Positions 27,377 through 36,461 of a DNA stretch of 48,066 nt are shown here, in pieces. Positions within the stretch are counted from its first letter, which is position 1; each line of letters opens with the position of its first letter. The notes below the pieces were generated by a model that was given only the letters and a program-made list of their open reading frames with translations, was not told the origin of the DNA and did no database searches. Both the position numbers and the translations under genes were made by a program. Origin of the DNA: a virus (lineage: Duplodnaviria > Caudoviricetes); the IMG/VR virus record IMGVR_UViG_3300004369_000027, positions 1 to 48,066 of that record; one strand, given 5' to 3'.

Positions 27377-27890
27377 TATCTTCAGATTTAATAAATACTC
27401 CTGCTTCAGTTGTTTTGCCTGTTCTGTTTTTAATAACATTATAGGCAGAATTTAAACAACTTACTAAATTTTTATTTCTAATACTAGCTAGAATAATAAG
27501 ACAAACTAATACATCTCCAAAAGCATCTATCTCTTCTTTTTCATTATTAGTAAGTATAGCTCTACCTAGCTCACCTAGTTCTTCAATAGTTTTAATATAT
27601 TGATTAGCAGCATTGTTAATACCCTTGTTAGCACCCCACTCTGAAACTAGTTTTTGCAGCTCATTAAAACTAAGTACAGGTTTATTCTCAACATAACTTC
27701 TAGCTATAGTAGCCCAATAATCAAATCCTTGTAGAGTTGAACTCCAGTTAAATGCACTACCTAATGCACTTAGCATATTATCTGCAGGAACATTAAAATC
27801 ACTAAAGTTAGTATACTTAAGTGCTAACTCTTTATGTGGACTAGAAAGTGAGTTAATCCAATCAAAAATTGTTGTTGGTGTTTTTACCAT
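27357..27890 (-). CDS. MazG-like nucleotide pyrophosphohydrolase with an extra N-terminal domain
   Basis: KTIEELGEL..EEIDAFGDVLV..AYNVIKNRTGK; N-terminal AFNWSSTLQGFDYW module. Confidence 0.85.
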   Translation of the reverse strand: MVKTPTTIFDWINSLSSPHKELALKYTNFSDFNVPADNMLSALGSAFNWSSTLQGFDYWATIARSYVENKPVLSFNELQKLVSEWGANKGINNAANQYIKTIEELGELGRAILTNNEKEEIDAFGDVLVCLIILASIRNKNLVSCLNSAYNVIKNRTGKTTEAGVFIKSEDNVNEKI

Positions 27891-28537
27891 TGTATTATGT
27901 GTTTAGTGTTGTTAAATTGGTTGTTTGTTATCCATGGTCTTCCTTGTCTTGCAGCATAAGCTGGATGTTCTGCTTCAAAGATATTCATTTTTATAGTATC
28001 ATCATAGATATAAGGTTTATATGCTTGGGCATTTTTACCCCATAAAAACCATTGAACATCTTCTTTATGAATAGATATAAAAACGAGAATAGACTTTATA
28101 AACTTTTCCCATATATGTATATGAGAGCCAGGAATGCCATGTTTTACTGTTAAAGCACTATTAAGTAATAGTACACCTTGTCTAGCTAAATACTCTAAAC
28201 TATAGTCATATTCTAGGAGTAACCTATTATATACTTCTGTTTCTATAGCATCTTTTATTTTTCTAAGACTGGGATTTATTTTTAGAGTATTAACACCAAA
28301 AGCTAGACCAGTAGCATTACCATCATTATAAGGATCCATACCTAATATCACAGCTTTTATATCTTTATACTGGCATAATTCAAATGCCCTAAATATATTC
28401 TGTGGTTCAGGATAAACTTTATATTTTTGATACTCACTACTAATAGCCTTTACAATGTTATTAGTACCAGGAGATTCCCAAAAAGATGGGAACTCCTGAT
28501 ACCAATCTCCTAATTGATTAATAGTTGTTGGCTTCAT
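27884..28537 (-). CDS. ung: Uracil-DNA glycosylase (family 1)
   Basis: VYP..IFRAF, ILGMDPY, ATGLAF, PSLRKI, QGVLLLNSALTV, LWG, HPA. Confidence 0.93.
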   Translation of the reverse strand: MKPTTINQLGDWYQEFPSFWESPGTNNIVKAISSEYQKYKVYPEPQNIFRAFELCQYKDIKAVILGMDPYNDGNATGLAFGVNTLKINPSLRKIKDAIETEVYNRLLLEYDYSLEYLARQGVLLLNSALTVKHGIPGSHIHIWEKFIKSILVFISIHKEDVQWFLWGKNAQAYKPYIYDDTIKMNIFEAEHPAYAARQGRPWITNNQFNNTKHIIQW

Positions 28538-29169
28538 TTTACTTTAATTCTTCTATGATCTTCTATTTTTATATCCAATATCTCTTCTTCACCTATATTA
28601 CCCCATACCTCAGCCTTACTAAAGTCAAAAGGATAATCACTAAAATGTTTACATCTTAGATATGTATTAGGAGTACATTTACATTCTTGAGCTAAACAGC
28701 CTAGATTTTTATGCACATTCCTAAGCATATGTTCATTCCTAGATAACACACCTATAATACCTTTAGTAGGACTGCCTACATGGAAGTCTACAACTTTATT
28801 TTTGTATTTAGGACTCATCTTAGAATACTTACTGTACATAAACCAATCATAATCATCTTGATGTTCTTTAGGAACATTGTAAATAAATACAGAGTGATGC
28901 ACATCAGGATCATATCTTTTTACTAGCAAATGGTCTAGGTCATGATACAGCTTATTTTCCATAGCTACAATCTTACCTAAGTTATTAGCATTAAGATATT
29001 CAGGATAATTTAGTAACAATACAATATGGTTATTGTATTCTGGGTAGTTAGCATCTTGGATATAACAATTTACTAGTAACCCAGACCAATCAAAATATGA
29101 TTGATCTGGGCCTAGCATAGGCAGAATTAAAAAGGAAGCTTTATTCTTCTGGGGTTTTTGCCTTGTCAT
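28534..29169 (-). CDS. Hypothetical protein, 211 aa, with a Cys cluster
   Basis: Overlaps both neighbours; SKYSKMSPKYK and CLAQECKCTPNTYLRCKH. Confidence 0.7.
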   Translation of the reverse strand: MTRQKPQKNKASFLILPMLGPDQSYFDWSGLLVNCYIQDANYPEYNNHIVLLLNYPEYLNANNLGKIVAMENKLYHDLDHLLVKRYDPDVHHSVFIYNVPKEHQDDYDWFMYSKYSKMSPKYKNKVVDFHVGSPTKGIIGVLSRNEHMLRNVHKNLGCLAQECKCTPNTYLRCKHFSDYPFDFSKAEVWGNIGEEEILDIKIEDHRRIKVK

Positions 29170-30175
29170 ACATATTAGTTGTTAACTCACCTTCATTCTC
29201 ATAAACTTCTCTAGTATAATCCCAAAGGTCATTACTAATATGCCAATCTAAGTCATCCATAATTTCCCACATACTTTTAACTGAATAGCCAACTGCTTTG
29301 CCAAGCTTAGCTGCCATAAAATCAGTTTCACTGAATTTCCAAATCAAAGGATTATTAGGGAATTTAACATTGATGACAATAAACTTAAATGGCAATATAG
29401 TATAACTTTCTAGATTATTAGCTTTAACAAATTCAGTGCTAATGTAGTGAGAATAAATTACTGCTTGTAAATCATATCTATATTTCCACATAGATTTTGT
29501 AAAACCATAAGGAGAGTCACTAGTAGTTTTAATGTCTAGTGGCTGTATAGTTTTATTATCATGGTCTACAACAATAGCATCTAGCTTTACTCTGTAATTG
29601 ATGTTATCGTAGGTAAACTCTTTATCTACTTGGTAGAATCTTTCCTTATTGCCTTCTAAAGTTTCACTTAAATACTTAGCAGTAAACCTGTTGGATTTAA
29701 GTATATTAGCAGCAGTTTGAGCTATAGTAAAATTCTCAAAAGAGATGGTCAGCTTTTCTTCTGATTGTTTTAGAAAATTAAAGTAAGCCAGACCTTCAGC
29801 GAGGAATCTTTCTTTTACTTTATCAAGACTAATCTTAAATCCAGTTTCTTTATAGGCAGTAGCTTCAGCACCAACATAACAAACTTCTTCAGATAAAGGT
29901 GTAGATTCTAGTAGATGTTTATAGTTCTTATATAAAGACTTTACATAATCCCCCATCATAGCTGTAGGCACAGGAACTGTAGCTACAGCAAATCTATTGT
30001 GGAATTCATCAGGCTCTGTAATAAGACAATCTACTGCAGAACCTATGTCTAAAGTAGTAGTGTCATCTTCTATGACTTCACCTAAAATATACTTTTTATA
30101 ATATAGATAAGGGCTTCTGTCAAATAAAGCTAACCTACTAAAACTAATTGTTGGAAACTGCGAACTATAACTCAT
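29141..30175 (-). CDS. PD-(D/E)XK exonuclease (RecE/ExoVIII- or Cas4-like)
   Basis: ISFSRL, GSAVDCL, KLDAIVVD..LDIKTT, YRYDLQAVIY. Confidence 0.85.
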   Translation of the reverse strand: MSYSSQFPTISFSRLALFDRSPYLYYKKYILGEVIEDDTTTLDIGSAVDCLITEPDEFHNRFAVATVPVPTAMMGDYVKSLYKNYKHLLESTPLSEEVCYVGAEATAYKETGFKISLDKVKERFLAEGLAYFNFLKQSEEKLTISFENFTIAQTAANILKSNRFTAKYLSETLEGNKERFYQVDKEFTYDNINYRVKLDAIVVDHDNKTIQPLDIKTTSDSPYGFTKSMWKYRYDLQAVIYSHYISTEFVKANNLESYTILPFKFIVINVKFPNNPLIWKFSETDFMAAKLGKAVGYSVKSMWEIMDDLDWHISNDLWDYTREVYENEGELTTNMYDKAKTPEE

Positions 30176-30353
30176 GATCGTGGGGTATTACAATATTAGA
30201 TGTTGCTTTTTCTAAAGACTTTTTATAAAGCTCTACTTTTCTATTTATTTTTTCAATAGGAGTTCCTGGTTTAAAATACACAGTAGTCCTTTGATTAATA
30301 ATTACTCCTATCATTTTATTGATGTTTGGGGATTTAATTTCTTTTTCAGTCAT
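30165..30353 (-). CDS. Small hypothetical protein, 62 aa
   Basis: Fills the gap between neighbours with an ATGA-type overlap at its start and a short overlap at its end. Confidence 0.6.
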   Translation of the reverse strand: MTEKEIKSPNINKMIGVIINQRTTVYFKPGTPIEKINRKVELYKKSLEKATSNIVIPHDHEL

Positions 30354-30781
30354 AATTCTAGCTTTAAATAAACACCAGGATTTTCTTTGTCCACAGAGTA
30401 ATATTTGTTATCCATTTCTAATACATATGGGATTAGGTATTTCATGCTATCATCTGTAATGAAATCATGAGCTACTAATAAATCTTGGATAATCTGTGTG
30501 GCATTATTAAAATCAAATTCAGCCTTTGTTTTGCGAACAAAATGAAATCCTAGTTTAATTGGGTAATTGTCAATAATAGGAAAATCTTTAAGAGATTCTC
30601 TAAATAGATTAGGCTTTGTTTTATACTCTTGAACTTGTTTATCTCTCACAGAGTATTTTAAAATACCTATATCTCTTAAGTATTTTACTACAGTTTTAGA
30701 AGGAAATATCCCCCTTGAAGTCTTCACTTTGGAATTCTTCAAGGAGGGTACATTTCCAGGAATAAAAAATAAAGTTACCAT
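30350..30781 (-). CDS. rusA: RusA-like Holliday junction resolvase
   Basis: IPGNVPSLKN, FDFNNATQIIQDLL..ITDD, ENPGVYL. Confidence 0.75.
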   Translation of the reverse strand: MVTLFFIPGNVPSLKNSKVKTSRGIFPSKTVVKYLRDIGILKYSVRDKQVQEYKTKPNLFRESLKDFPIIDNYPIKLGFHFVRKTKAEFDFNNATQIIQDLLVAHDFITDDSMKYLIPYVLEMDNKYYSVDKENPGVYLKLEL

Positions 30782-31752
30782 AAAACTTGAAAAGTCTCTT
30801 CAGCAGGTTCAGGCTCTGGATTTATACCGCTAAGATAATCAGTAATAATTTTAAGCATAACTTCCTTCTCTTCTTTAGATTTTTGTATTGCATTATTAAA
30901 TACTGGTAAATCTACTTGGTAAAAGAATTGAGGTTTAAGATCAGGTACAGTGACTATTTCAATGTTGTTCTCTTCAGCAAAAGGAAGAAGTATATTTCTA
31001 TATACTTTTCTAAAGCTTTGAGATGGAAAATCTTTATAGTCAAAACCAGCTTGCACAAAGAGTTTAAACAAACCTTCTTTATTTTCTAAGTGGTGGTAAT
31101 TACATTGATCACCTTTATTACGTTCAATACTATTATATAGTCCTGCTAGCCTAGGTAACTGCACAGCTTCAGTTTTAATAGCTAGTATTGCAAGAGGGTT
31201 AAAGATACCAGAATAAAAATATTGATTATTTTTATACATCTGAGCTACACCAAAAATACCACCTCCCCAATAAAAATTACCAGCTCTTGAAACAGTGTGT
31301 AAAACTCCTTGGCTTAGAAAACTAGCAATGGTTAAATCTCCTAAAGCACTCCTTGTATGAGGCCCTCTTCTTAATCTTAAATCTTCACAAGGAGTGAGGT
31401 AGCTATTAAGAACTTCTTTTATTCTAGTTTTAACTACATCATCTTTAAGAGAAATAGGAACATTAGCATCTAAAAAAGTATTAGATAGTTCTAATAAGTA
31501 CTGATTACAAATTTGATCAGCTCTTATTATAGATTGTAAAGATTCATTTTCAGGCCTACCCAAAAACTCTCGAATATACTTATAGCTGCTAGAGGAACGA
31601 TTTGAAGCACTATATACACTAATTGAAGGTATGTAATGATTACCTGAATATACACAATACTCTTGATTATATTTTATTTTAAAGGTATTTGTGTATCTAT
31701 TTTCATGCCCAGAAGTATTTGTAGGGTTTCCTGTAAATAATAAATTTTGCAT
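30775..31752 (-). CDS. Hypothetical protein, 325 aa, last gene of the putative Ubl operon
   Basis: Starts 9 nt after the E1/ThiF stop; no motif recognised. Confidence 0.75.
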   Translation of the reverse strand: MQNLLFTGNPTNTSGHENRYTNTFKIKYNQEYCVYSGNHYIPSISVYSASNRSSSSYKYIREFLGRPENESLQSIIRADQICNQYLLELSNTFLDANVPISLKDDVVKTRIKEVLNSYLTPCEDLRLRRGPHTRSALGDLTIASFLSQGVLHTVSRAGNFYWGGGIFGVAQMYKNNQYFYSGIFNPLAILAIKTEAVQLPRLAGLYNSIERNKGDQCNYHHLENKEGLFKLFVQAGFDYKDFPSQSFRKVYRNILLPFAEENNIEIVTVPDLKPQFFYQVDLPVFNNAIQKSKEEKEVMLKIITDYLSGINPEPEPAEETFQVLW

Positions 31753-31761
31753 AGGTACTAA

Positions 31762-32448
31762 TTAAAAGGTTACAATTTCAGTCATAGTGAAAATATCATT
31801 TTCAATGCAAAATGGTACATCTCTAACAGGCTCTTCGGTTACTAAATTAGCACAAAAATTAGTATATGCAGCTACCATTTTACTTGCTATCATAAAACTA
31901 TTATGTGTAGTGCCTTTAAAACCACAAGGTAATACAGCAGCTTCTGAATCAGGAAATAAAGTTTCTTTATACCTATCTACCTTATCTCTAGTAACTACAT
32001 AAATGTAGAACTGCTCAGCAGTTAATCTACCATCAATTAATATAGGCTCAATTCCTTCAGAAGAATACATATTCATATCTCTAGTAAATAGGTCAAACAT
32101 AACCTGTCTAGCTGCCATGTTATCAAAACAGCTAAACATTACTTCACTAGTTGTAGTTACAGGTGTTACTAAGGCATTATTAGGACTTAATCTATCATAA
32201 CCACTAAACCCAAAAACAACATCTGCAACAGCAGTTATTTTACTTTTACCTATATGTTGAAAACTAAATAGTTGATTTGATAAATTTATCTTATCCACAG
32301 TATCATTATCATAGATACTAATTGATGCTGGTTCTATCCTAGATAGAAGAAAGGTTACCACAGAACCTATACCCCCAGCCCCACCAACAGTAATGTTATG
32401 GGACTGGGCTTTAGGTAACCACACAGCTTCTTTAAATCTGTCTGTCAT
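31762..32448 (-). CDS. E1/ThiF-family adenylyltransferase (Ubl-activating enzyme-like)
   Basis: VGGAGGIGS, YDNDTVDKINLSNQ, GKSK, CFDNMAAR, IDGR, candidate catalytic Cys175 in LPCGFK; no CxxC zinc pairs. Confidence 0.9.
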   Translation of the reverse strand: MTDRFKEAVWLPKAQSHNITVGGAGGIGSVVTFLLSRIEPASISIYDNDTVDKINLSNQLFSFQHIGKSKITAVADVVFGFSGYDRLSPNNALVTPVTTTSEVMFSCFDNMAARQVMFDLFTRDMNMYSSEGIEPILIDGRLTAEQFYIYVVTRDKVDRYKETLFPDSEAAVLPCGFKGTTHNSFMIASKMVAAYTNFCANLVTEEPVRDVPFCIENDIFTMTEIVTF

Positions 32449-33713
32449 TAGTTGTTTGATTTGTTAAAAGAATTATTCCAAGAAGTAGTATCGTCATTAT
32501 CTTCAAGTACATCTGTAAAATAATCAGCTATAACTGTATAAAGAAATTCAGCAGCACTACTTTTAACATCATAAGCAACTTCTAAACAATACTCCATTAC
32601 ATCAGTAAGAAAATCAGCCATAGAATTGTTATTGATTAGCTGTCCTTTTTTAATAAAGAACACCTCTTTGTAACAATCTTCAATCTTATCTTCTATATGA
32701 AATGCATAAGCATCTTGATCCATACCACTAAACTTAGCATCAAGCTTAACTAAAGCTTGTTCAAAGCTATCAGTACTTTTATATGCAGGATCTAAGAACA
32801 TCAATTTACACAAAAAGAGTTCCATCTCTTTTTTGGTAAATGTGACTTTGTTATTAGTTACAAATGATTTATCATCAAAAAGTTTAGGCAATGTAGATTG
32901 GCTTTGATTATAAGTTGGCTTATTATAAGTATCTATATCATAATCATCTCCATAGTTATAATTACCATTATTATAATTATAGGTACCATATCTATTGTAG
33001 GCTGTATAACTTTCTTTAATTGCTTTATCAGTCATAGACTCAAAGAAAGTATCCATCTCTTTAACAATGTCTAAGTCTAATGTTATTACATCAAAAGTAG
33101 ATACTTCTTCTTCTTGATTAGCAGTAAGAGGAATCCAGTTGCCATCAGAATCTTTGTATTCTTTAGCATATCTTTTTGTTTTATTATTAATAGGATAAGC
33201 AGCTTTGGCTACCATTTCACCTTTGTTATTAACAATTAAAGAGATACAAAAATTAGAAAGCTTAGCATACTCATTTAAAGTAGAACTGTCTGTACCACTA
33301 AAGAATACTCCCATATTAACATGAGAGTGAATAATACCCATTTTACAATCTTCTAGCTCTGGGTTATTATCATAAGCATCAATGATCCTTTCATCTACTT
33401 CAAATTCAGTATAGGTAGGCTCACCTTTATGCATAGGCAAAATGTCTATAGCTCTAATGCTAAAGGTTTCAGGGTTAATAGGATGCCCTTCAGTTTTACA
33501 AAATACAATACCAGACCATTCTACTGTGTTAATTTTATGACACAAGAACCAAATTTTTGATATTATCTCTGGAGAGATAAACATCTTCGGTCTGTAAACT
33601 GGTGTAGTGGTTTGTAAATAATTGTTGTAAAGTTTCCCTTGTGAAGGATAAGAGTTCTTCACTGCAGAATTCTGTTGTGATTTCTGCTTGTTGATCAATG
33701 ATTGTGGCTTCAT
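32448..33713 (-). CDS. JAB/MPN+ (JAMM) metallopeptidase with a long acidic C-terminal region (alternative start 33584)
   Basis: VEWSG plus exact HxH-x7-S-x2-D motif HSHVNMGVFFSGTD (33288-33329); stop overlaps the E1 start (TAATG). Confidence 0.9.
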   Translation of the reverse strand: MKPQSLINKQKSQQNSAVKNSYPSQGKLYNNYLQTTTPVYRPKMFISPEIISKIWFLCHKINTVEWSGIVFCKTEGHPINPETFSIRAIDILPMHKGEPTYTEFEVDERIIDAYDNNPELEDCKMGIIHSHVNMGVFFSGTDSSTLNEYAKLSNFCISLIVNNKGEMVAKAAYPINNKTKRYAKEYKDSDGNWIPLTANQEEEVSTFDVITLDLDIVKEMDTFFESMTDKAIKESYTAYNRYGTYNYNNGNYNYGDDYDIDTYNKPTYNQSQSTLPKLFDDKSFVTNNKVTFTKKEMELFLCKLMFLDPAYKSTDSFEQALVKLDAKFSGMDQDAYAFHIEDKIEDCYKEVFFIKKGQLINNNSMADFLTDVMEYCLEVAYDVKSSAAEFLYTVIADYFTDVLEDNDDTTSWNNSFNKSNN

Positions 33714-34899
33714 AATTTATGGGGTTGTTTCTAAAGGTTTTAAAACGTGCATTCCTTATAGCTATATCTAATTGATGTTTATGTAATCTATCATCGTACT
33801 GTTCAGTATTATTTGTTTGTACATTACCATCAGAATCAGTATAACCATAATAAGTAGAATATGGAGCTAAGGCTCTAGCTAAATTAAGTGCATTTTGAAT
33901 AGTCACTTCTACACTACTACCTGAATTATTGTAATTTAGTAAAGGAATAAATAAATCAGGATTTTCTTTGTAGGTATTGCAAAATTTATTAAAATCACTT
34001 ATAATAGTGGCAGGGTCTATTGACTGCCTTGATACTACAGTTAAATTTCTGTTGTTAGTTGTTGATAAATGAATATAAGGAGTGCCTTCAATAGATTCCC
34101 ATTCTACAAAATTGTTTATTTGATATAAAAACAAATCAAACCTATCCTCATTAAAGTCTTCCCTAAACTCAGAGATAAGTGCAGTTAAATCAGTACTGCC
34201 TGTGCAAAATGATGATACATCAAATAAACTTTCTAAATTCCTAGAGTTTAAGTGAGAATGTCTGTAACCATTTTTTACATCATTAAAAGACATTTTAGCT
34301 CTAAAGCCTTGAAATTCTTTTAATAAGCAAGATTCATTAAAGGTTAGTACACAATATAATTCTTCTATTTCTCTACTTTCTTGTTTAGTATTAGTAATAG
34401 TTATGTGTGGGTACCTAATAAGTAGATCTAAAAATCCATTTAAGTTAAGTTGTAAATCATAATTCTCACCATAAACTTCATCCAATACAGGTTTTAGTTT
34501 TGTTAAACCAAAATCTTTAAACTTATTAGCAATTGCAAACTTAATATTCTCACTCCATAAAGTTTCTAAGTTGCTAAAATCAACTGCTTCATGTGATAAT
34601 ATAATATAATCATCTGCATCGTTTAGAGATAGTAAGTAGTCTTCATCGTAGTTATAAAGACTTTTTATATTATTATTTCGAGGATTTACAATTACATCAT
34701 AACTATTAAATATCCCATCTATATTCTCAGGATCTACAAAATAAAAATGATTGTACATACCAATGCCAGAAGATATATAGTTTTCTCCTTCAAGTTGGTT
34801 AGCAGGCCTAACTATCACATTTGGATAATTTTTAACTACCAGATCTCTAAATGAAGTTACATTACTAGCAGTTGATAATAATTTTTCTAATTCTGTCAT
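33535..34899 (-). CDS. Putative E2/UBC-like conjugating protein, 454 aa
   Basis: IRYP..YRHSHL..FCTG (Cys232)..WESIEGTPY recalls the HPN/HPH..C signature; lies between Ubl and JAB genes. Fold assignment is inference. Confidence 0.55.
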   Translation of the reverse strand: MTELEKLLSTASNVTSFRDLVVKNYPNVIVRPANQLEGENYISSGIGMYNHFYFVDPENIDGIFNSYDVIVNPRNNNIKSLYNYDEDYLLSLNDADDYIILSHEAVDFSNLETLWSENIKFAIANKFKDFGLTKLKPVLDEVYGENYDLQLNLNGFLDLLIRYPHITITNTKQESREIEELYCVLTFNESCLLKEFQGFRAKMSFNDVKNGYRHSHLNSRNLESLFDVSSFCTGSTDLTALISEFREDFNEDRFDLFLYQINNFVEWESIEGTPYIHLSTTNNRNLTVVSRQSIDPATIISDFNKFCNTYKENPDLFIPLLNYNNSGSSVEVTIQNALNLARALAPYSTYYGYTDSDGNVQTNNTEQYDDRLHKHQLDIAIRNARFKTFRNNPINYEATIIDQQAEITTEFCSEELLSFTRETLQQLFTNHYTSLQTEDVYLSRDNIKNLVLVS

Positions 34900-34911
34900 A
34901 TTTTGGTTTTT

Positions 34912-34958
34912 AAAAAAAATAAGAAAGGGTGAGGTAATAAATACCCCACCCTATTCTT
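34912..34958 (-). terminator. Intrinsic terminator/attenuator between the Ubl and E2-like genes
   Basis: - strand reads aagaatagggtggggta/tttat/tacctcaccctttctt followed by attttttt. Confidence 0.7.
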
Positions 34959-34967
34959 ACATCATAG

Positions 34968-34975
34968 CAAAGCTA
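34968..34975 (-). promoter_or_regulatory. TAnnTTTG -7 element
   Basis: - strand tagctttg just after the Ubl stop codon. Confidence 0.45.
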
Positions 34976-34979
34976 CTAC

Positions 34980-35378
34980 TTAGGAAATTACTCCTTCAGC
35001 ACGTAGTTGGTCTAAGTCATCTTCCTCATCTTCAGAAAGATTAGAGTTATCAGCTACATTACCAGCTAATACATCTTCAAAAAGGTTTTGAAGTTTAGTA
35101 CGCAACTCTCTGATTTGAGAATCAGTGTAACGAGTACCATTATCATTGCTACCAGAAGCAATTTTCTTCATGCTCAAGATAACAGTAAAGTTACCTTCAG
35201 GAAGTTGAGCTTCTGGAGACTCCAAAGATACTCTGGTTTCACGAACAATAGCTTTCATATTTCCAATGTCAGAAATATGAGAAGACAAATCAGTTTGAAG
35301 TTCACTCCAAGTGGTAGCAGCAGATTCTACACTTTTAGCACGATCTGATTGAGAAGAAATAACACGAATTGTACGCAT
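34980..35378 (-). CDS. Putative ubiquitin-like (beta-grasp) protein with Gly76 and a 56-aa C-terminal extension
   Basis: RTIRVIS/AKSVES strands, TWSELQTDL helix, final strand FTVILS, then KKIASG76; followed by E2-like, JAB and E1 genes. Confidence 0.65.
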   Translation of the reverse strand: MRTIRVISSQSDRAKSVESAATTWSELQTDLSSHISDIGNMKAIVRETRVSLESPEAQLPEGNFTVILSMKKIASGSNDNGTRYTDSQIRELRTKLQNLFEDVLAGNVADNSNLSEDEEDDLDQLRAEGVIS

Positions 35379-35380
35379 AA

Positions 35381-36406
35381 TTAAAAAATTAAAGGATTAA
35401 AAATTAGGGCTTTAATTAAAGATTTGGATACTTCCTTTCCATGGTTTTTTACTAGGTCAGAAAAGTCTTTTGATTTATATTCATCGGGTATTTCTATTTG
35501 ATTTAACTGAAATTTAGAAGCTAGCTCATTGCCATACTTTCTACCCCAGTTAACTTCTTTATTGAAGTCATTATCATACAGTAAATACACTTTATCAAAC
35601 CTTTTCTTCAGCTGATTAACAATATGAGGCTTAGGATCAGTTGTTTCAGCTTGAAGAGATACAGAAGGAACACCAGTTAATTCTGTAAGTGACATAACAT
35701 CTTTTAAAGATTTAGTGATTATGAGCTTTTCACCTCTCTTTGGCAATTGTGTCCATCCTTGCCAAACAGATTTATCAACATTTGATATAAATCTTAATTG
35801 TTTGTTATAGGGTTGATATATTTTATATGTATAGATTCTATCCTTGCTCTCTAGATAAGCATATGCAGGGTTCTTTGAGTTATCTACAGGTATTATTAAA
35901 TCATTTAAGAAAATGAATTTACAACTAAAAACATTATACCTATTTAATGTAGATTTACTTATCCCAAACTGCCCCCAGAAATGTATATCTCTTGGGGTGA
36001 ACTCTTGCATTTTTATGCCTATGTGTACTCTAGATTTATCTTTGTAGTCAATGTCTTTGGGGATTTTAATTTTCTTTTTTCTGCCCACTATATCACTGTC
36101 AATAAGTCCAAAGTCATTAGCTACTTTTCGCAAAGCACCATAGTAATCTAGTCCAAATAACCTAGAAACAAATACAAAACAATCTCCTTTTTCTTTTGTA
36201 GCAAAATCTCTGAATAGAAGTTTATCCAAGGTGGATGCATAAAACACACTAAAAGAAGCAATATCATCCTCTCTAAGAGGGCTGCATATAGCAGTATTGA
36301 GTTGCAAATTTGGTATGTAGAATGCAAAGATTTGATACTCTGAAACTCTATCTAATATAAGTTCAGATGATAATATGTTATAGTCTAAAGAATTAAGATT
36401 AATCAT
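35381..36406 (-). CDS. DNA primase (crAss-type, TOPRIM)
   Basis: SPLRED..SFS..FRDFAT..GDCF N-terminal domain; LIITKSLKDVM and LYDND TOPRIM motifs; KDFSD. Confidence 0.85.
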   Translation of the reverse strand: MINLNSLDYNILSSELILDRVSEYQIFAFYIPNLQLNTAICSPLREDDIASFSVFYASTLDKLLFRDFATKEKGDCFVFVSRLFGLDYYGALRKVANDFGLIDSDIVGRKKKIKIPKDIDYKDKSRVHIGIKMQEFTPRDIHFWGQFGISKSTLNRYNVFSCKFIFLNDLIIPVDNSKNPAYAYLESKDRIYTYKIYQPYNKQLRFISNVDKSVWQGWTQLPKRGEKLIITKSLKDVMSLTELTGVPSVSLQAETTDPKPHIVNQLKKRFDKVYLLYDNDFNKEVNWGRKYGNELASKFQLNQIEIPDEYKSKDFSDLVKNHGKEVSKSLIKALIFNPLIF

Positions 36407-36410
36407 AATA

Positions 36411-36442
36411 TAATAAGGGGGATTGTTAATCCCCCATTATTA
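36411..36442 (-). terminator. Stem-loop, possible terminator
   Basis: taataagggggatt/gtt/aatcccccattatta; the U-tract is weak. Confidence 0.55.
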
Positions 36443-36450
36443 CAAAGTTA
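36443..36450 (-). promoter_or_regulatory. TAnnTTTG -7 element upstream of primase
   Basis: - strand taactttg abutting the hairpin. Confidence 0.5.
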
Positions 36451-36461
36451 CAATCTAATTT

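Noticed and set aside
29141-30175. CRISPR-Cas locus based on the Cas4-like nuclease
   Set aside because: No repeat-spacer array or other cas genes seen, and no four-Cys cluster pattern.
31762-32448. ThiF/MoeB acting in thiamine or molybdopterin synthesis, or TcdA
   Set aside because: No pathway partners in the window and no CxxC pairs; neighbours are JAB, E2-like and Ubl candidates. Not formally excluded.
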